From assembly GCA_963748815.1 (NCBI GenBank), contig CAVVKJ010000014.1, positions 1 through 64,000 of the forward strand: a stretch of DNA of 64,000 nt, written 5' to 3'. This document shows, piece by piece, positions 30,314-41,425 of this stretch. The position numbers and the translations under genes are program-made. The stretch comes from an uncultured Gemmatimonadales bacterium (GTDB lineage Bacteria; Gemmatimonadota; Gemmatimonadetes; Gemmatimonadales; GWC2-71-9). The notes below the pieces were generated by a model. The model did no database searches, was not told where the DNA came from, and was given only the letters and a program-made list of their open reading frames with translations. The number at the start of each line of letters is the position of its first letter. The first letter of the stretch is position 1.

Positions 30314-31585
30314 CGGCAGTTAATCCTGGTTGCGATGGTGGGTGTGGCGGCGGCCTGCGGCGGTCCCCGGGCCGCCGTGGCGCCGGAGCCGCTCCCCGCC
30401 ACGATCGGCGTGCGACCGGGCATCGACGTCCTGCTCTCCGATTCGATATCGCTGGTCCGTCACGCCCGGCTCGGCCTGCTGACCAACCCGGCCGGGGTGG
30501 ATGCGGTCGGCGTGAGCAATGTCGACCGGATCAAGCGGGACGGCCTGGAGCTCGTGGCGCTCTTCACCCCGGAACACGGGTACCGGGGGGAGGCCGACCC
30601 CGGGGCGGCCGTGCCGAACAGCGTCGACAACGTCACCGGCCTCCCAATCTACAGTCTCTACAACCAGAATACCGCCGCCATCGCCGCCACGCTAACCGGA
30701 ATCGACCTGCTCCTGGTCGACCTGCAGGACGTCGGGGCCCGGTACTACACCTACTTCAGTACGACCGTGGCCGTGATGCGGGCCGCGGCAAAGACCGGGA
30801 AGCGCGTCGTGGTGCTCGACCGACCGAATCCGATCGGCGGCACGGTGCAGGGCAATGTGCTCGACCCGGCGTATACCTCGTACGTGGGCATCATGCCCAT
30901 CCCGATGCGACACGGCATGACCCTCGGCGAACTCGCCCGGTTCGCCAACAGCGAGCTCGCCCTGGGGGCCGACCTCACCGTGATCCCGGTCAGCGGGTGG
31001 TCCCCGGCCATGGACCTGGCCCAGACCGGACTCCCCTATGTGCCGCCCAGCCCCAACCTCCGCTCCCTCGAGTCCCTCTTCCACTATCCGGGGCTCTGCC
31101 TGATGGAGGGGACCAACCTGAGCGTGGGGCGGGGGACGGATCACCCCTTTGAACAGATCGGCGCCCCCTGGCTCGACACCACGAAGGTGCTGGCGGGCCT
31201 GCGGGCCGCGAAGCTCCCGGGGGTGACCTTTGCCGGCGTGAAATTCCGCCCCAGGAAGCCGGGGGACGGCAAGTACCCCGAGAAGAGGCTGTTCGGCATT
31301 CGGCTGACGATGACCGATCGACACAGCTACGATCCGACGGTCACCGCCGTCACCATCATGGCGGTCATCCGGGCGGTGCATCCGACCCAGCTGAAGTGGA
31401 CCGCGGCCCAGTTCGATCGACTCGCAGGTAACTCCATCCTGCGCACCGGGTTGGCGTCGGGCGTGACGCCCGGAGCCGCGACCGGGATGTGGTCGGAAGA
31501 GCAGGCGGCGTTCCTGCGGCGCCGGGAGCCGGCGCTGCTCTATCCGCGCAGTGGCCAGCCCCTGCAGTCGGGGACTGCCCCGTAA
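30305..31585 (+). CDS. namZ: DUF1343 exo-beta-N-acetylmuramidase, lipoprotein
   Basis: LFTPEHG, DLQDVGARYYTY, DRPNPIGG, RHGMTLGELA, PPSPN, SVGRGT; alternative start 30335. Confidence 0.88.
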   Translation: MNHRQLILVAMVGVAAACGGPRAAVAPEPLPATIGVRPGIDVLLSDSISLVRHARLGLLTNPAGVDAVGVSNVDRIKRDGLELVALFTPEHGYRGEADPGAAVPNSVDNVTGLPIYSLYNQNTAAIAATLTGIDLLLVDLQDVGARYYTYFSTTVAVMRAAAKTGKRVVVLDRPNPIGGTVQGNVLDPAYTSYVGIMPIPMRHGMTLGELARFANSELALGADLTVIPVSGWSPAMDLAQTGLPYVPPSPNLRSLESLFHYPGLCLMEGTNLSVGRGTDHPFEQIGAPWLDTTKVLAGLRAAKLPGVTFAGVKFRPRKPGDGKYPEKRLFGIRLTMTDRHSYDPTVTAVTIMAVIRAVHPTQLKWTAAQFDRLAGNSILRTGLASGVTPGAATGMWSEEQAAFLRRREPALLYPRSGQPLQSGTAP

Positions 31586-31587
31586 TC

Positions 31588-31651
31588 GTGACCCCCGCGA
31601 AAGCGGGGGTCCAGAACCCGACCTCTGGATTCCCGCTTCCGCGGGAATGAC
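31588..31651. repeat. Inverted doublet of family A hairpins (REPIN-like)
   Basis: GTGACCCCCGCGAAAGCGGGGGTCCAG-N10-CTGGATTCCCGCTTCCGCGGGAATGAC; followed by TTTCCCGC octamers to about 31700. Confidence 0.9.
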
Positions 31652-31791
31652 GGGGGTGCCACCTTCCTTCCCCGCTTTCCCGCTTTCCCGCTTTCCCGCC
31701 TTCTGAATTGCCCTAACGCCTTCTCACTGTTAACTTTTCGCCGCTCTGAAGGTGGGCGAAAAATGTGACTTTGACGAGGTCTACCCGGTCC

Positions 31792-32412
31792 GTGAAGCTC
31801 TTCTCTCCCGGCGTCGAACGCGCCTACTACTCGGCCACCGGTCCCCTGGTCCGGTGGCTGGTGCGTTCCGGCGTTCGGCCGAACACCATCACGACCGTCG
31901 GCACCCTCCTCGTCGTCGTCTCGGCGGTCTTCTTCGGCTTGGGCTACATCCGGCTCGGCGGCGCCCTCCTGCTGCTGAGCGGCGGGATGGACACGCTGGA
32001 CGGCGCGGTCGCCCGCCTGAGCGGCGCGACGACCAGGTTCGGCGCCTTCTACGACTCGACCCTGGACCGCGTGAGCGACGGCGCCACCTTCATCGGGATC
32101 GCCGCCTACCTGCTGCACGCGCCGGACGTGGCCTACCGGAACCTCGCCGTCATCCTCGCGATGGTGGCCACGCTTGCCTCGCTCGTCGTGTCCTATGCCC
32201 GGGCGCGCGCCGAGGGGCTGGGCATCGACTGCAAGGTCGGGATCGCCCAGCGCGCGGAGCGGATCATCGGGCTCGGAACCGCGTCGCTGCTGGTCGGCGC
32301 AGGGCCGCAGGCGCTGGTGTTGGAGGGGATCGTCGCCCTCCTCGCCATCGCCTCCATCATCACCGTCGTGCAGCGTTTCGTCTTTGTGTATCGCGCAACC
32401 AATGGGGCGTAG
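31792..32412 (+). CDS. CDP-alcohol phosphatidyltransferase (PIP-synthase-like)
   Basis: PNTIT, DTLDGAVAR..G...FGAFYDSTLDR signature, VSYARARAEG, QRAER; start 31765 or 31792. Confidence 0.88.
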   Translation: MKLFSPGVERAYYSATGPLVRWLVRSGVRPNTITTVGTLLVVVSAVFFGLGYIRLGGALLLLSGGMDTLDGAVARLSGATTRFGAFYDSTLDRVSDGATFIGIAAYLLHAPDVAYRNLAVILAMVATLASLVVSYARARAEGLGIDCKVGIAQRAERIIGLGTASLLVGAGPQALVLEGIVALLAIASIITVVQRFVFVYRATNGA

Positions 32413-32466
32413 GGGCATCGCAGACGGTGCCCCGACGCCCCTCTCTGACATACCACACGTGAAAGG

Positions 32467-33803
<1,337 letters not shown>

Positions 33804-33804
<1 letters not shown>

Positions 33805-34094
33805 TGAAGTACTTCCATCGCACCAGCATCGCCCCTGACGCCGCCGTCGCGCGCGCCGCCGAGTACTTCGGCGCGCGGCTGACCCCGATCGAGGAGACCC
33901 CGCGCCGCCGCCGTTTTGGCGGGACGCTGGGGCAGATCGCCGTGACGGTCCAGGCGGAGGGGGGGCACTACACCCTGATCACGATCGACACCGACCAGCC
34001 GGGGGAGAGCGAGCTCGACAAGCTCGCCAAGCGCTTTCTCACGGTCGTGCACACCATGGCGGACCCCGCGCACGAGCCGCGGGGCGCCTACTGA
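33804..34094 (+). CDS. Hypothetical protein (96 aa)
   Basis: TGATG coupling to ino1; typical codon usage. Confidence 0.7.
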
Positions 34095-34136
34095 GCCGTC
34101 GCCCGCCGGCGGCACCCTTTCCGGAGATACCGAGTC

Positions 34137-36578
34137 ATGCCTCGTCTGGCCTTGCGGTGGCGTAACGCACTCCTCCTGCCCTTCCTGATGCTCCCGCTCC
34201 TGGCCGGCGTCGCCGCGGCGCAGGACGCCGCTCCGGCGCATCGCCCGGGCGGGGAGGTCAACCTCCTGTTGCCCGACCTGAACCAGGGCAACTTCCTCGG
34301 GTATACCGGGCACCAGATCCTGCTCTCCGGGATCGTCGTGTGCGTCCTCGGCCTGCTCTTCGGGCTCTGGAGCTACGCCGCCGTCAAGCAGATGCCGGTC
34401 CACAAGGCGATGGCCGACGTGTCGGACATCATCTACGAGACCTGCAAGGCCTACATGATCCAGCAGGGCAAGTTCCTGATGGGGCTCTGGGTCTTCGTCA
34501 GCGCCGTCATCATCGTCTACTTTCTGCTCACCGGCCTCGAACTCCCCAAGATCGCCATCATCCTCCTCTTCTCGCTCATCGGCATGGCGGGGAGCTACGG
34601 CGTCGCCTGGTTCGGCATCCGGATCAACACGCTGGCCAATTCGCGCACCGCGTTCGCCTCGCTCCGCGGCAAGGGGTGGCCCGTCTCGGAAATCCCGCTC
34701 CGCGCCGGGATGAGCGTCGGGATGATGTTGATCGCGGTCGAGCTGCTGTTCATGCTCGGCATCCTCCTCTTCATCCCCGCCGACGTGGCCGGCGCCTGCT
34801 TCCTCGGCTTCGCCATCGGCGAGTCGCTGGGCGCCGCGGCGCTCCGCATTGCCGGCGGCATCTTCACCAAGATTGCCGACATCGGCGCCGACCTGATGAA
34901 GGTCGTGTTCAAGATCAAGGAAGACGACGCCCGCAACCCCGGCGTCATCGCCGACTGCACCGGCGACAACGCCGGCGACTCGGTCGGCCCCACCGCCGAC
35001 GGCTTCGAGACCTACGGCGTCACCGGCGTCGCGCTGATCACCTTCATCGTGCTGGCGGTGCCGGACACCACGGTGCAGGCCAAGCTGCTGGTCTGGATCT
35101 TCCTGATGCGGGTGATGATGGTCATCGCCTCGGGCCTCTCCTACCTCGTCAGCAACGCGGTGTCGAAGGCCAAGTACCGCGCCGCGGTGAAGTTCGACTT
35201 CGAACACCCGCTCACCCAGCTCGTCTGGCTCACGTCCATCGTCTCGGTCATCGCGACCTACGTCGTGTCCTACTTCATCATCCCGGAACTGGGCGGCAAC
35301 ACCGCGCTCTGGTGGCAGCTCTCCACGGTCATCAGCTGCGGCACGCTGGCCGGCGCGATCATCCCCGAGCTGGTGAAGGTGTTCACCTCCACCTCCTCGC
35401 GGCACGTGCGCGAAGTGGTCACCAGCTCCCGCGAGGGCGGGGCGTCGCTCAACATCCTGTCGGGCCTCGTGGCCGGCAACTTCTCGGCGTACTGGCTCGG
35501 CCTGACCATCATGGGCCTGATGGCCGCCGCCTACGGCGTCAGCACGATGGGGCTGAGCGACGGCATCATGCTGGCGCCCGCCATCTTCGCCTTCGGCCTG
35601 GTGGCGTTCGGGTTCCTCGGCATGGGCCCCGTGACCATCGCGGTCGACAGCTACGGACCGGTGACCGACAACGCCCAGTCGGTGTTCGAGCTCTCCACCA
35701 TCGAGCAGATGCCCGGCATCGAGGCGGAGATCAAGCGGGACTTCGGCTTCGACGTCGACTTCAACACCGCCAAGGAACTGCTCGAGGAAAACGACGGCGC
35801 GGGCAACACCTTCAAGGCCACCGCCAAGCCGGTGCTCATCGGCACCGCGGTCGTCGGCGCCACCACGATGATCTTCTCGATCATCATGGCGCTGACCCAC
35901 GGCCTCCAGAGCGGCATGGACAACCTGTCCATCCTGCACCCGCCCTTCCTCCTCGGCCTCATCACCGGCGGGGCGGTCATCTACTGGTTTACCGGCGCCT
36001 CGATGCAGGCGGTGACCACCGGCGCCTACCGCGCCGTGGAGTTCATCAAGGCCAACATCGTGCTCGAGGGCGTCACCAAGGCCTCCGTCGAGGACAGCAA
36101 GAAGGTCGTCGAGATCTGCACCCAGTACGCGCAGAAGGGGATGCTCAACATCTTCCTGGCGGTGTTCTTCTCGACGCTCGCCTTCGCCTTTGCCGAGCCC
36201 TTCTTCTTCATCGGCTACCTGATTTCCATCGCGCTCTTCGGACTCTACCAGGCCATCTTCATGGCCAACGCCGGCGGCGCCTGGGACAACGCGAAGAAGA
36301 TCGTGGAGACCGAGCTCAAGGCGAAGGGGACGCCGCTGCACGACGCGTCCATTGTCGGCGACACGGTCGGCGACCCCTTCAAGGACACGTCGTCGGTGGC
36401 GCTCAACCCCGTCATCAAGTTCACCACGCTCTTCGGCCTCCTGGCCGTCGAGCTCGGCGTCTACCTGGCCGCCGAGAAGGGCAGCGTGCTGCTGCACGTG
36501 CTGGCCGTCGCCTTCTTCCTGGTGAGCACCGTCTTCGTGTACCGGTCGTTCTACGGCATGCGGATCGAAACGCAGTAA
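34137..36578 (+). CDS. hppA: Membrane-bound ion-translocating pyrophosphatase
   Basis: DIGADLMK, EDDARNP, DCTGDNAGD, GNTFKA, GGAWDNAKK, GDTVGDPFKDT. Confidence 0.95.
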   Translation: MPRLALRWRNALLLPFLMLPLLAGVAAAQDAAPAHRPGGEVNLLLPDLNQGNFLGYTGHQILLSGIVVCVLGLLFGLWSYAAVKQMPVHKAMADVSDIIYETCKAYMIQQGKFLMGLWVFVSAVIIVYFLLTGLELPKIAIILLFSLIGMAGSYGVAWFGIRINTLANSRTAFASLRGKGWPVSEIPLRAGMSVGMMLIAVELLFMLGILLFIPADVAGACFLGFAIGESLGAAALRIAGGIFTKIADIGADLMKVVFKIKEDDARNPGVIADCTGDNAGDSVGPTADGFETYGVTGVALITFIVLAVPDTTVQAKLLVWIFLMRVMMVIASGLSYLVSNAVSKAKYRAAVKFDFEHPLTQLVWLTSIVSVIATYVVSYFIIPELGGNTALWWQLSTVISCGTLAGAIIPELVKVFTSTSSRHVREVVTSSREGGASLNILSGLVAGNFSAYWLGLTIMGLMAAAYGVSTMGLSDGIMLAPAIFAFGLVAFGFLGMGPVTIAVDSYGPVTDNAQSVFELSTIEQMPGIEAEIKRDFGFDVDFNTAKELLEENDGAGNTFKATAKPVLIGTAVVGATTMIFSIIMALTHGLQSGMDNLSILHPPFLLGLITGGAVIYWFTGASMQAVTTGAYRAVEFIKANIVLEGVTKASVEDSKKVVEICTQYAQKGMLNIFLAVFFSTLAFAFAEPFFFIGYLISIALFGLYQAIFMANAGGAWDNAKKIVETELKAKGTPLHDASIVGDTVGDPFKDTSSVALNPVIKFTTLFGLLAVELGVYLAAEKGSVLLHVLAVAFFLVSTVFVYRSFYGMRIETQ

Positions 36579-36587
36579 CGGACCGAT

Positions 36588-37643
36588 ATGACACCGACTG
36601 CCGCACCGAGCACCACCCCGGCCGCCCCGCCGCACGGGCTGAGCCGGGCCCAGCTGCACGAGATGTACTACTACATGCGACTGACCCGCTCCCTCGAGGA
36701 GCGGCTGGTCAACCTGTACCGCCAGACCAAGGTCATCGGCGGGCTCTTCCGGTCGCTCGGCCAGGAGGCCGACAGCGTCGGCAGCGCCTACGCCCTCGAC
36801 CGCACGAAGGGTGACTTCCTCTCGCCCCTCATCCGGAACCTCGGATCGATGCTGGTGCAGGGCGCCAAGCCGCTGGAGATCCTCCGGCAGTACATGGCCA
36901 AGGCGGAGAGCCCGACGCGGGGCCGCGAGCTCAACATCCACTACGGCGACCTCGAACGGGGGTTCATCGGGCAGATTTCCCACCTCGGCGACATGGTGCC
37001 GGTCATGGCCGGCGTGGCGCTCTCGTTCAAGATGCGGAAGCAGCCGAGGGTGGGGCTGGTCTACGTGGGCGACGGCGCGATGAGCACCGGCGCCTTCCAC
37101 GAGGGCATCAACTTCGCCGCCGTGCAGCGCCTGCCGATGGTCATCGTCTGCGAGAACAACGGGTACTCGTTCAGCACGCCGATGCGGAAGCAGACCGCCG
37201 TGAAGCAGCTCGTCGACAAGGCCGCGGCCTACGGCATCCCCGGGGAGCGGGCGGACGGCAACGACGTGCTCGCCGTGTACGGCGTCACCAGGCCGGCGGT
37301 GGAGCGGGCGCGGCAGGGCGGGGGCTGCACCCTGATCGAGCTGGTCACCTACCGGCGGAAGGGGCACGCGGAGCACGACAACCAGTCCTACCAGTCCAAG
37401 GCGGAGATCGCGGAGTGGGAGGCGAAGGACCCCGTCGATCGGTGCGTCCGCGACTACCTCGCGGCGGGGTGGGCCACCACCGCGGAGCTGGCGGCCATCG
37501 ACGCCCGGGTCGAGGCGCTCCTCGACGAGGCCGTCGGGATCTGTGAGAATGAGCCGATGCCCGGGGCGTTGACGGCGCTCGACGGCGTGCTGGCCGACCC
37601 GGCCCGCGCCGAGCTCGAATGGTACCGGAGGACCGATGGCTGA
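36588..37643 (+). CDS. 2-oxoacid dehydrogenase E1 alpha subunit
   Basis: GDGAMSTGAFHEGIN...ENN ThDP motif, TYRRKGH. Confidence 0.9.
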   Translation: MTPTAAPSTTPAAPPHGLSRAQLHEMYYYMRLTRSLEERLVNLYRQTKVIGGLFRSLGQEADSVGSAYALDRTKGDFLSPLIRNLGSMLVQGAKPLEILRQYMAKAESPTRGRELNIHYGDLERGFIGQISHLGDMVPVMAGVALSFKMRKQPRVGLVYVGDGAMSTGAFHEGINFAAVQRLPMVIVCENNGYSFSTPMRKQTAVKQLVDKAAAYGIPGERADGNDVLAVYGVTRPAVERARQGGGCTLIELVTYRRKGHAEHDNQSYQSKAEIAEWEAKDPVDRCVRDYLAAGWATTAELAAIDARVEALLDEAVGICENEPMPGALTALDGVLADPARAELEWYRRTDG

Positions 37644-38616
37644 GGTGACGTACCTCGAGGCGATTCGCCAGGGGATGCAGGAGGAAATGCGGCGCGACGA
37701 GAACGTCTTCATCCTCGGCGAGGACATTGGCGCCTATGGCGGGGCGTTCAAGGTGACCGACGGGTTCCTCGCCGAGTTCGGGGAGCAGCGGGTCATCGAT
37801 ACGCCGATCGCCGAGGCCGCCATCGTGGGCGCGGCGGCGGGCGCGGCGCACATGGGGCTCCGGCCCATCGCGGAAATGCAGTTCATCGACTTCATCTCCT
37901 GCGCCTACGACATGCTCACCAACTACGTGGCGACGGCGCGGTACCGGGCCGGGCTCCCGACACCGATGGTGGTCCGCGGGCCCTCCGGCGGGTATGTCCG
38001 CGGCGGGCCGTTCCACTCCCAGAACCCCGAGGCGGCGTTCCTCCACACCCCCGGGCTCAAGATCGTCTGCCCCGCCACCGCGCGGGACGCGAAGGGGCTC
38101 ATCAAGAGCGCCATTCGCGACGATGATCCGGTGCTCTATTTCGAGCACAAGTTCCTGTACCGACGGATCAAGGAGGACCTGCCCGAGGGCGAGGAGATCC
38201 TGACGCCGATCGGGAAGGCGCGGGTGGCCCGTGAGGGCCGGGACCTGACGATCATCACCTGGTCCGCTATGGTGTATAAGGCGCTGGAAGCGGCGGAACG
38301 GCTGGAAAAGGAGGACGGGCTCCAGGTCGAGGTGCTCGACCTCCGGACGCTGCTGCCGATGGACGACGAGGCGATCATGGCCTCGGTCCGGAAGACCAAC
38401 CGGGTGCTGATCGCGCACGAGGACACCCGCACCGGCGGCGTGGCCGGCGAAATCACCGCCCGCATCAACGACCAGGCGTTCGAATGGCTCGACGCCCCGG
38501 TCAAGCGCGTGACGGCGCACGACGTGCCGTTGCCCTACGCGCCGACGCTCGAAGACTTTGTGCTGCCGCAGACGGACGACCTGGTGCTCGCCGCCCGCTG
38601 GCTGGCCGCTTACTAG
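37636..38616 (+). CDS. 2-oxoacid dehydrogenase E1 beta subunit
   Basis: GEDIG, DTPIAE, EMQFIDF, HSQNPE, FEHK. Confidence 0.92.
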   Translation: MAEVTYLEAIRQGMQEEMRRDENVFILGEDIGAYGGAFKVTDGFLAEFGEQRVIDTPIAEAAIVGAAAGAAHMGLRPIAEMQFIDFISCAYDMLTNYVATARYRAGLPTPMVVRGPSGGYVRGGPFHSQNPEAAFLHTPGLKIVCPATARDAKGLIKSAIRDDDPVLYFEHKFLYRRIKEDLPEGEEILTPIGKARVAREGRDLTIITWSAMVYKALEAAERLEKEDGLQVEVLDLRTLLPMDDEAIMASVRKTNRVLIAHEDTRTGGVAGEITARINDQAFEWLDAPVKRVTAHDVPLPYAPTLEDFVLPQTDDLVLAARWLAAY

Positions 38617-38634
38617 GAATTGGGAGAGGTTCGC

Positions 38635-40008
38635 ATGGCGAAGATCGACGTGATCATGCCCCAGATGGGTGAGTCCATCGCCGAGGGGACGCTGTCGCGG
38701 TGGATGAAGAAGGTCGGCGACGCGGTCAAGCGCGACGAGCCGATCTTCGAGATCTCCACCGACAAGGTCGACGCGGAAATTCCCGCGCCCCAGGCCGGCG
38801 TCCTGGTCGAGATCCTGGTGCAGGAAGGGGAGACGGTCGCGATCCAGACCGTCGTCGCCCGGCTGGAGACGGACGCCAGCGCGGCGGCGGCAGCTCCAGC
38901 TCCCGCCCCGGCCGCCCCGGCCGCCCCGGCGGCGCCGGCACCAGCCGTCCCCAAGTCAGCCCCCGCGGCTGTTGCTGCACCCGTCCCCGCTTCCCCGCTG
39001 ACGACTTCCCCGCCTCCGGCGAGCACCGGCGCGGAATCGGCGGACGAGCGGTTGCGCCGGAAAAGCACCCCCCTCGTCCGCAAGATGGCCGCCGAGCACA
39101 ACCTCGACATCAGCGCCATCGCGGGGAGCGGACACGCCGGCCGCGTGACCAAGAGTGACGTTCTCTCCTACCTCGAGACTGCCCCCGCCGTCACCCCGGC
39201 GGAAGCCGGGGCCCGCAGCCCCGCGGCCCCGCCGGCGCCCGCCGCGGGCGCTCGCGGTGCGAGCCGCCTCATCGAAGTCCCGTCGCCTGTCGTCGAGCCG
39301 TGGGAAGGGGACCGGGTCGAGCCGTGGAGCAAGATCCGGAAGCTCACCGCCGATCACATGATCATGTCGCGCCGGGTGTCGGCGCACGTGAACAGCCTCT
39401 TCGAGATCGACTTCACCCGGGTCGCGCAGGTGCGCGCCGCCCGCAAGAAGGAATACGCCGAGCGCGGCGTGAACCTGACCTTCCTGGCGTTCATCGTGAA
39501 GGCGGTCGCCGACACCATCCGGAAGCATCCGGGCGTCAACGCCGCCGTCATGGGCGACGCCACCGTCTTCCGCCGCGACATCAACATCGGCATTGCCGTG
39601 GCGCTCGACTGGGGCCTCATCGTCCCCGTCATCAAGCGTGCCGACGAGCTGTCGCTCCTCGGCGTAGCCCGGGCCATCAACGACCTCGGCGAGCGCGCGC
39701 GCAACAAGAAGCTCACCCCGGACGAGGTGCAGCGCGGCACCTTCACCATCACCAATCCGGGCGGCTTCGGCTCCTTTGCCGGCACGCCGATCATCAACCA
39801 GCCGCAGGTGGCCATCCTGGGCATCGGCGCCATCGAGAAGCGGCCGCACGTGGTCACGGCGCCCGATGGGACCGACGCCCTCGCCATCCGGACCAAGGGA
39901 ATGTTCACCATGGCCTACGACCATCGCATTGTCGATGGCGCCGACGCCGACCGCTTCCTGGCCGACCTGAAGACCGCCCTGCAGACCTTCCCCGACACCG
40001 GCGCCTGA
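38635..40008 (+). CDS. Dihydrolipoamide acyltransferase E2
   Basis: Lipoyl STDKV, subunit-binding GSGHAGRVTKSD, catalytic DHRIVDG. Confidence 0.92.
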   Translation: MAKIDVIMPQMGESIAEGTLSRWMKKVGDAVKRDEPIFEISTDKVDAEIPAPQAGVLVEILVQEGETVAIQTVVARLETDASAAAAAPAPAPAAPAAPAAPAPAVPKSAPAAVAAPVPASPLTTSPPPASTGAESADERLRRKSTPLVRKMAAEHNLDISAIAGSGHAGRVTKSDVLSYLETAPAVTPAEAGARSPAAPPAPAAGARGASRLIEVPSPVVEPWEGDRVEPWSKIRKLTADHMIMSRRVSAHVNSLFEIDFTRVAQVRAARKKEYAERGVNLTFLAFIVKAVADTIRKHPGVNAAVMGDATVFRRDINIGIAVALDWGLIVPVIKRADELSLLGVARAINDLGERARNKKLTPDEVQRGTFTITNPGGFGSFAGTPIINQPQVAILGIGAIEKRPHVVTAPDGTDALAIRTKGMFTMAYDHRIVDGADADRFLADLKTALQTFPDTGA

Positions 40009-40011
40009 GCG

Positions 40012-40312
40012 GTGGCCCGGGCACTGGCGGCGGCCCGGGTGAGCGTGCCGACGGCGCGGGAAGGGGAGTACCTCGCCCTGGCCGGTCGACTCGCCGCGCT
40101 GCTGAAGGCGCGGGGCCAGCACCTCTGGGTGTTCCGGCATCCCGACCGCCCCGGTGCGTTCCTGGAGTTTCGGGAGTCGGCCGACGGCGACGGCCCACTC
40201 GGCCCTGGCGCCGACGCCGGACGAAGCCGCGCTGCTCGGCGCCCTGCGAGGCGTCGCATCGTACGATCCCGGCGCCGACGAGCTCTGGCTCGAAGTTTCC
40301 CTGGCGGACTGA
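40012..40312 (+). CDS. Hypothetical protein (frameshifted near 40200-40230)
   Basis: N-terminus HLWVFRHPDRPGAFLEFRE; C-terminus YDPGADELWLEVSLAD-TGA lies in another frame. Confidence 0.55.
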
Positions 40313-40319
40313 GGTATTC

Positions 40320-40586
40320 ATGCCCACACGCACCATCGACGTCGCCGGCGCGACCTGGCGGGTCACCCCGAGCGGCCGCGTCACCCAGTTCGTGCGCGAC
40401 GAGTTCACCATGCTCTTCACCAGGGGCACCGGGCCCGACCGCGAGGAGCGGGTGGCCAAGTATGCGCCCCTCGGCGCGCGGAGCCGCGAACTGTCCCTGG
40501 CCGAGCTGACCGACGCGCAGCTCCAGGCGCTCTTCAGCCGGTCCCAGCCGTCCTGGACCTCGCCTGACACGGGGTATCGGCGCTGA
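40320..40586 (+). CDS. Hypothetical protein (88 aa)
   Basis: GAGGT RBS; WRVTPSGRVTQF..DEF...SQPSWTSP. Confidence 0.7.
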   Translation: MPTRTIDVAGATWRVTPSGRVTQFVRDEFTMLFTRGTGPDREERVAKYAPLGARSRELSLAELTDAQLQALFSRSQPSWTSPDTGYRR

Positions 40587-41425
40587 CTCCTCCTCGGTTC
40601 ATCGACCTGCACATGCACTCCACCGCATCGGACGGCGCCCTGCCGCCGGCCGGCGTCGTGGAGTGCGCCAAGTCCGCGGACCTCGTGGCGATCGCGCTCA
40701 CCGATCACGATTCGGTGGCGGGGGTCGCCGAGGCGGTGACGGCCGGCGAGGCGCTCGGCGTCCGGGTCATCGCTGGCTGCGAGTTCTCCGCGTCGGCCCC
40801 CTGGGGCGAGGTGCACGTGCTCGGCTACTTCCTCCCGGTGGGCGATGAGGCGGTCGAGACGTTTCTCGACCGGTGCCGCGCCGACCGCCGCCGCCGCGCC
40901 GAGGTGATGTGCGGGCGGCTCCAGGAACTCGGGCTGGCGGTGACGCTGGACTCGGTGCTTGAGGAGGCCGCAGGCGGGGCCATCGGCCGCCCGCACGTCG
41001 CGCGCGCCGTGGTGCGCGCCGGCGGCGCGGACGACGTGAACGCCGCCTTCGACCTCTACCTGGGGCGAAACAAGCCCGCCTACGCCGACAAGGTGCTCCC
41101 GACGTTCGCGGAGGTGGCGGACCTGGTGCACGCGGCGGGCGGCATCGTGTCGGCCGCGCACCTGCGTGACCGGGCGACGCGGCCCTACCTGCAGCGGCTG
41201 AAGGCGGAGGGGCTCGACGCCGTGGAGGTGCGGCACCCGCGGCACGCGGCCGAAACGCGGTCGCGGATCGCCGGGCTGGCGACGGCGCTCGACCTGGCGC
41301 GCACCGGCGGGAGCGACTGGCACGGCGACATCGGACCGGGAGAGGAGCACGGCTCCCTCGGCTCCCAGACGGTGCCGGAAGACTGGCTCGAGCGGCTCGA
41401 ATCGCGCCGCCCCACGCCGAAATGA
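40583..41425 (+). CDS. PHP-domain phosphoesterase (TrpH/YciV-like)
   Basis: IDLHMHSTASDG, ALTDHD, GRPH, GGSDWHG; the first motif starts upstream of ATG 40613. Confidence 0.88.
   Translation: MTPPRFIDLHMHSTASDGALPPAGVVECAKSADLVAIALTDHDSVAGVAEAVTAGEALGVRVIAGCEFSASAPWGEVHVLGYFLPVGDEAVETFLDRCRADRRRRAEVMCGRLQELGLAVTLDSVLEEAAGGAIGRPHVARAVVRAGGADDVNAAFDLYLGRNKPAYADKVLPTFAEVADLVHAAGGIVSAAHLRDRATRPYLQRLKAEGLDAVEVRHPRHAAETRSRIAGLATALDLARTGGSDWHGDIGPGEEHGSLGSQTVPEDWLERLESRRPTPK

Noticed and set aside
38880..39020. GCCGCCCCG repeats in E2
   Set aside because: Ordinary Ala/Pro linker of E2 subunits.
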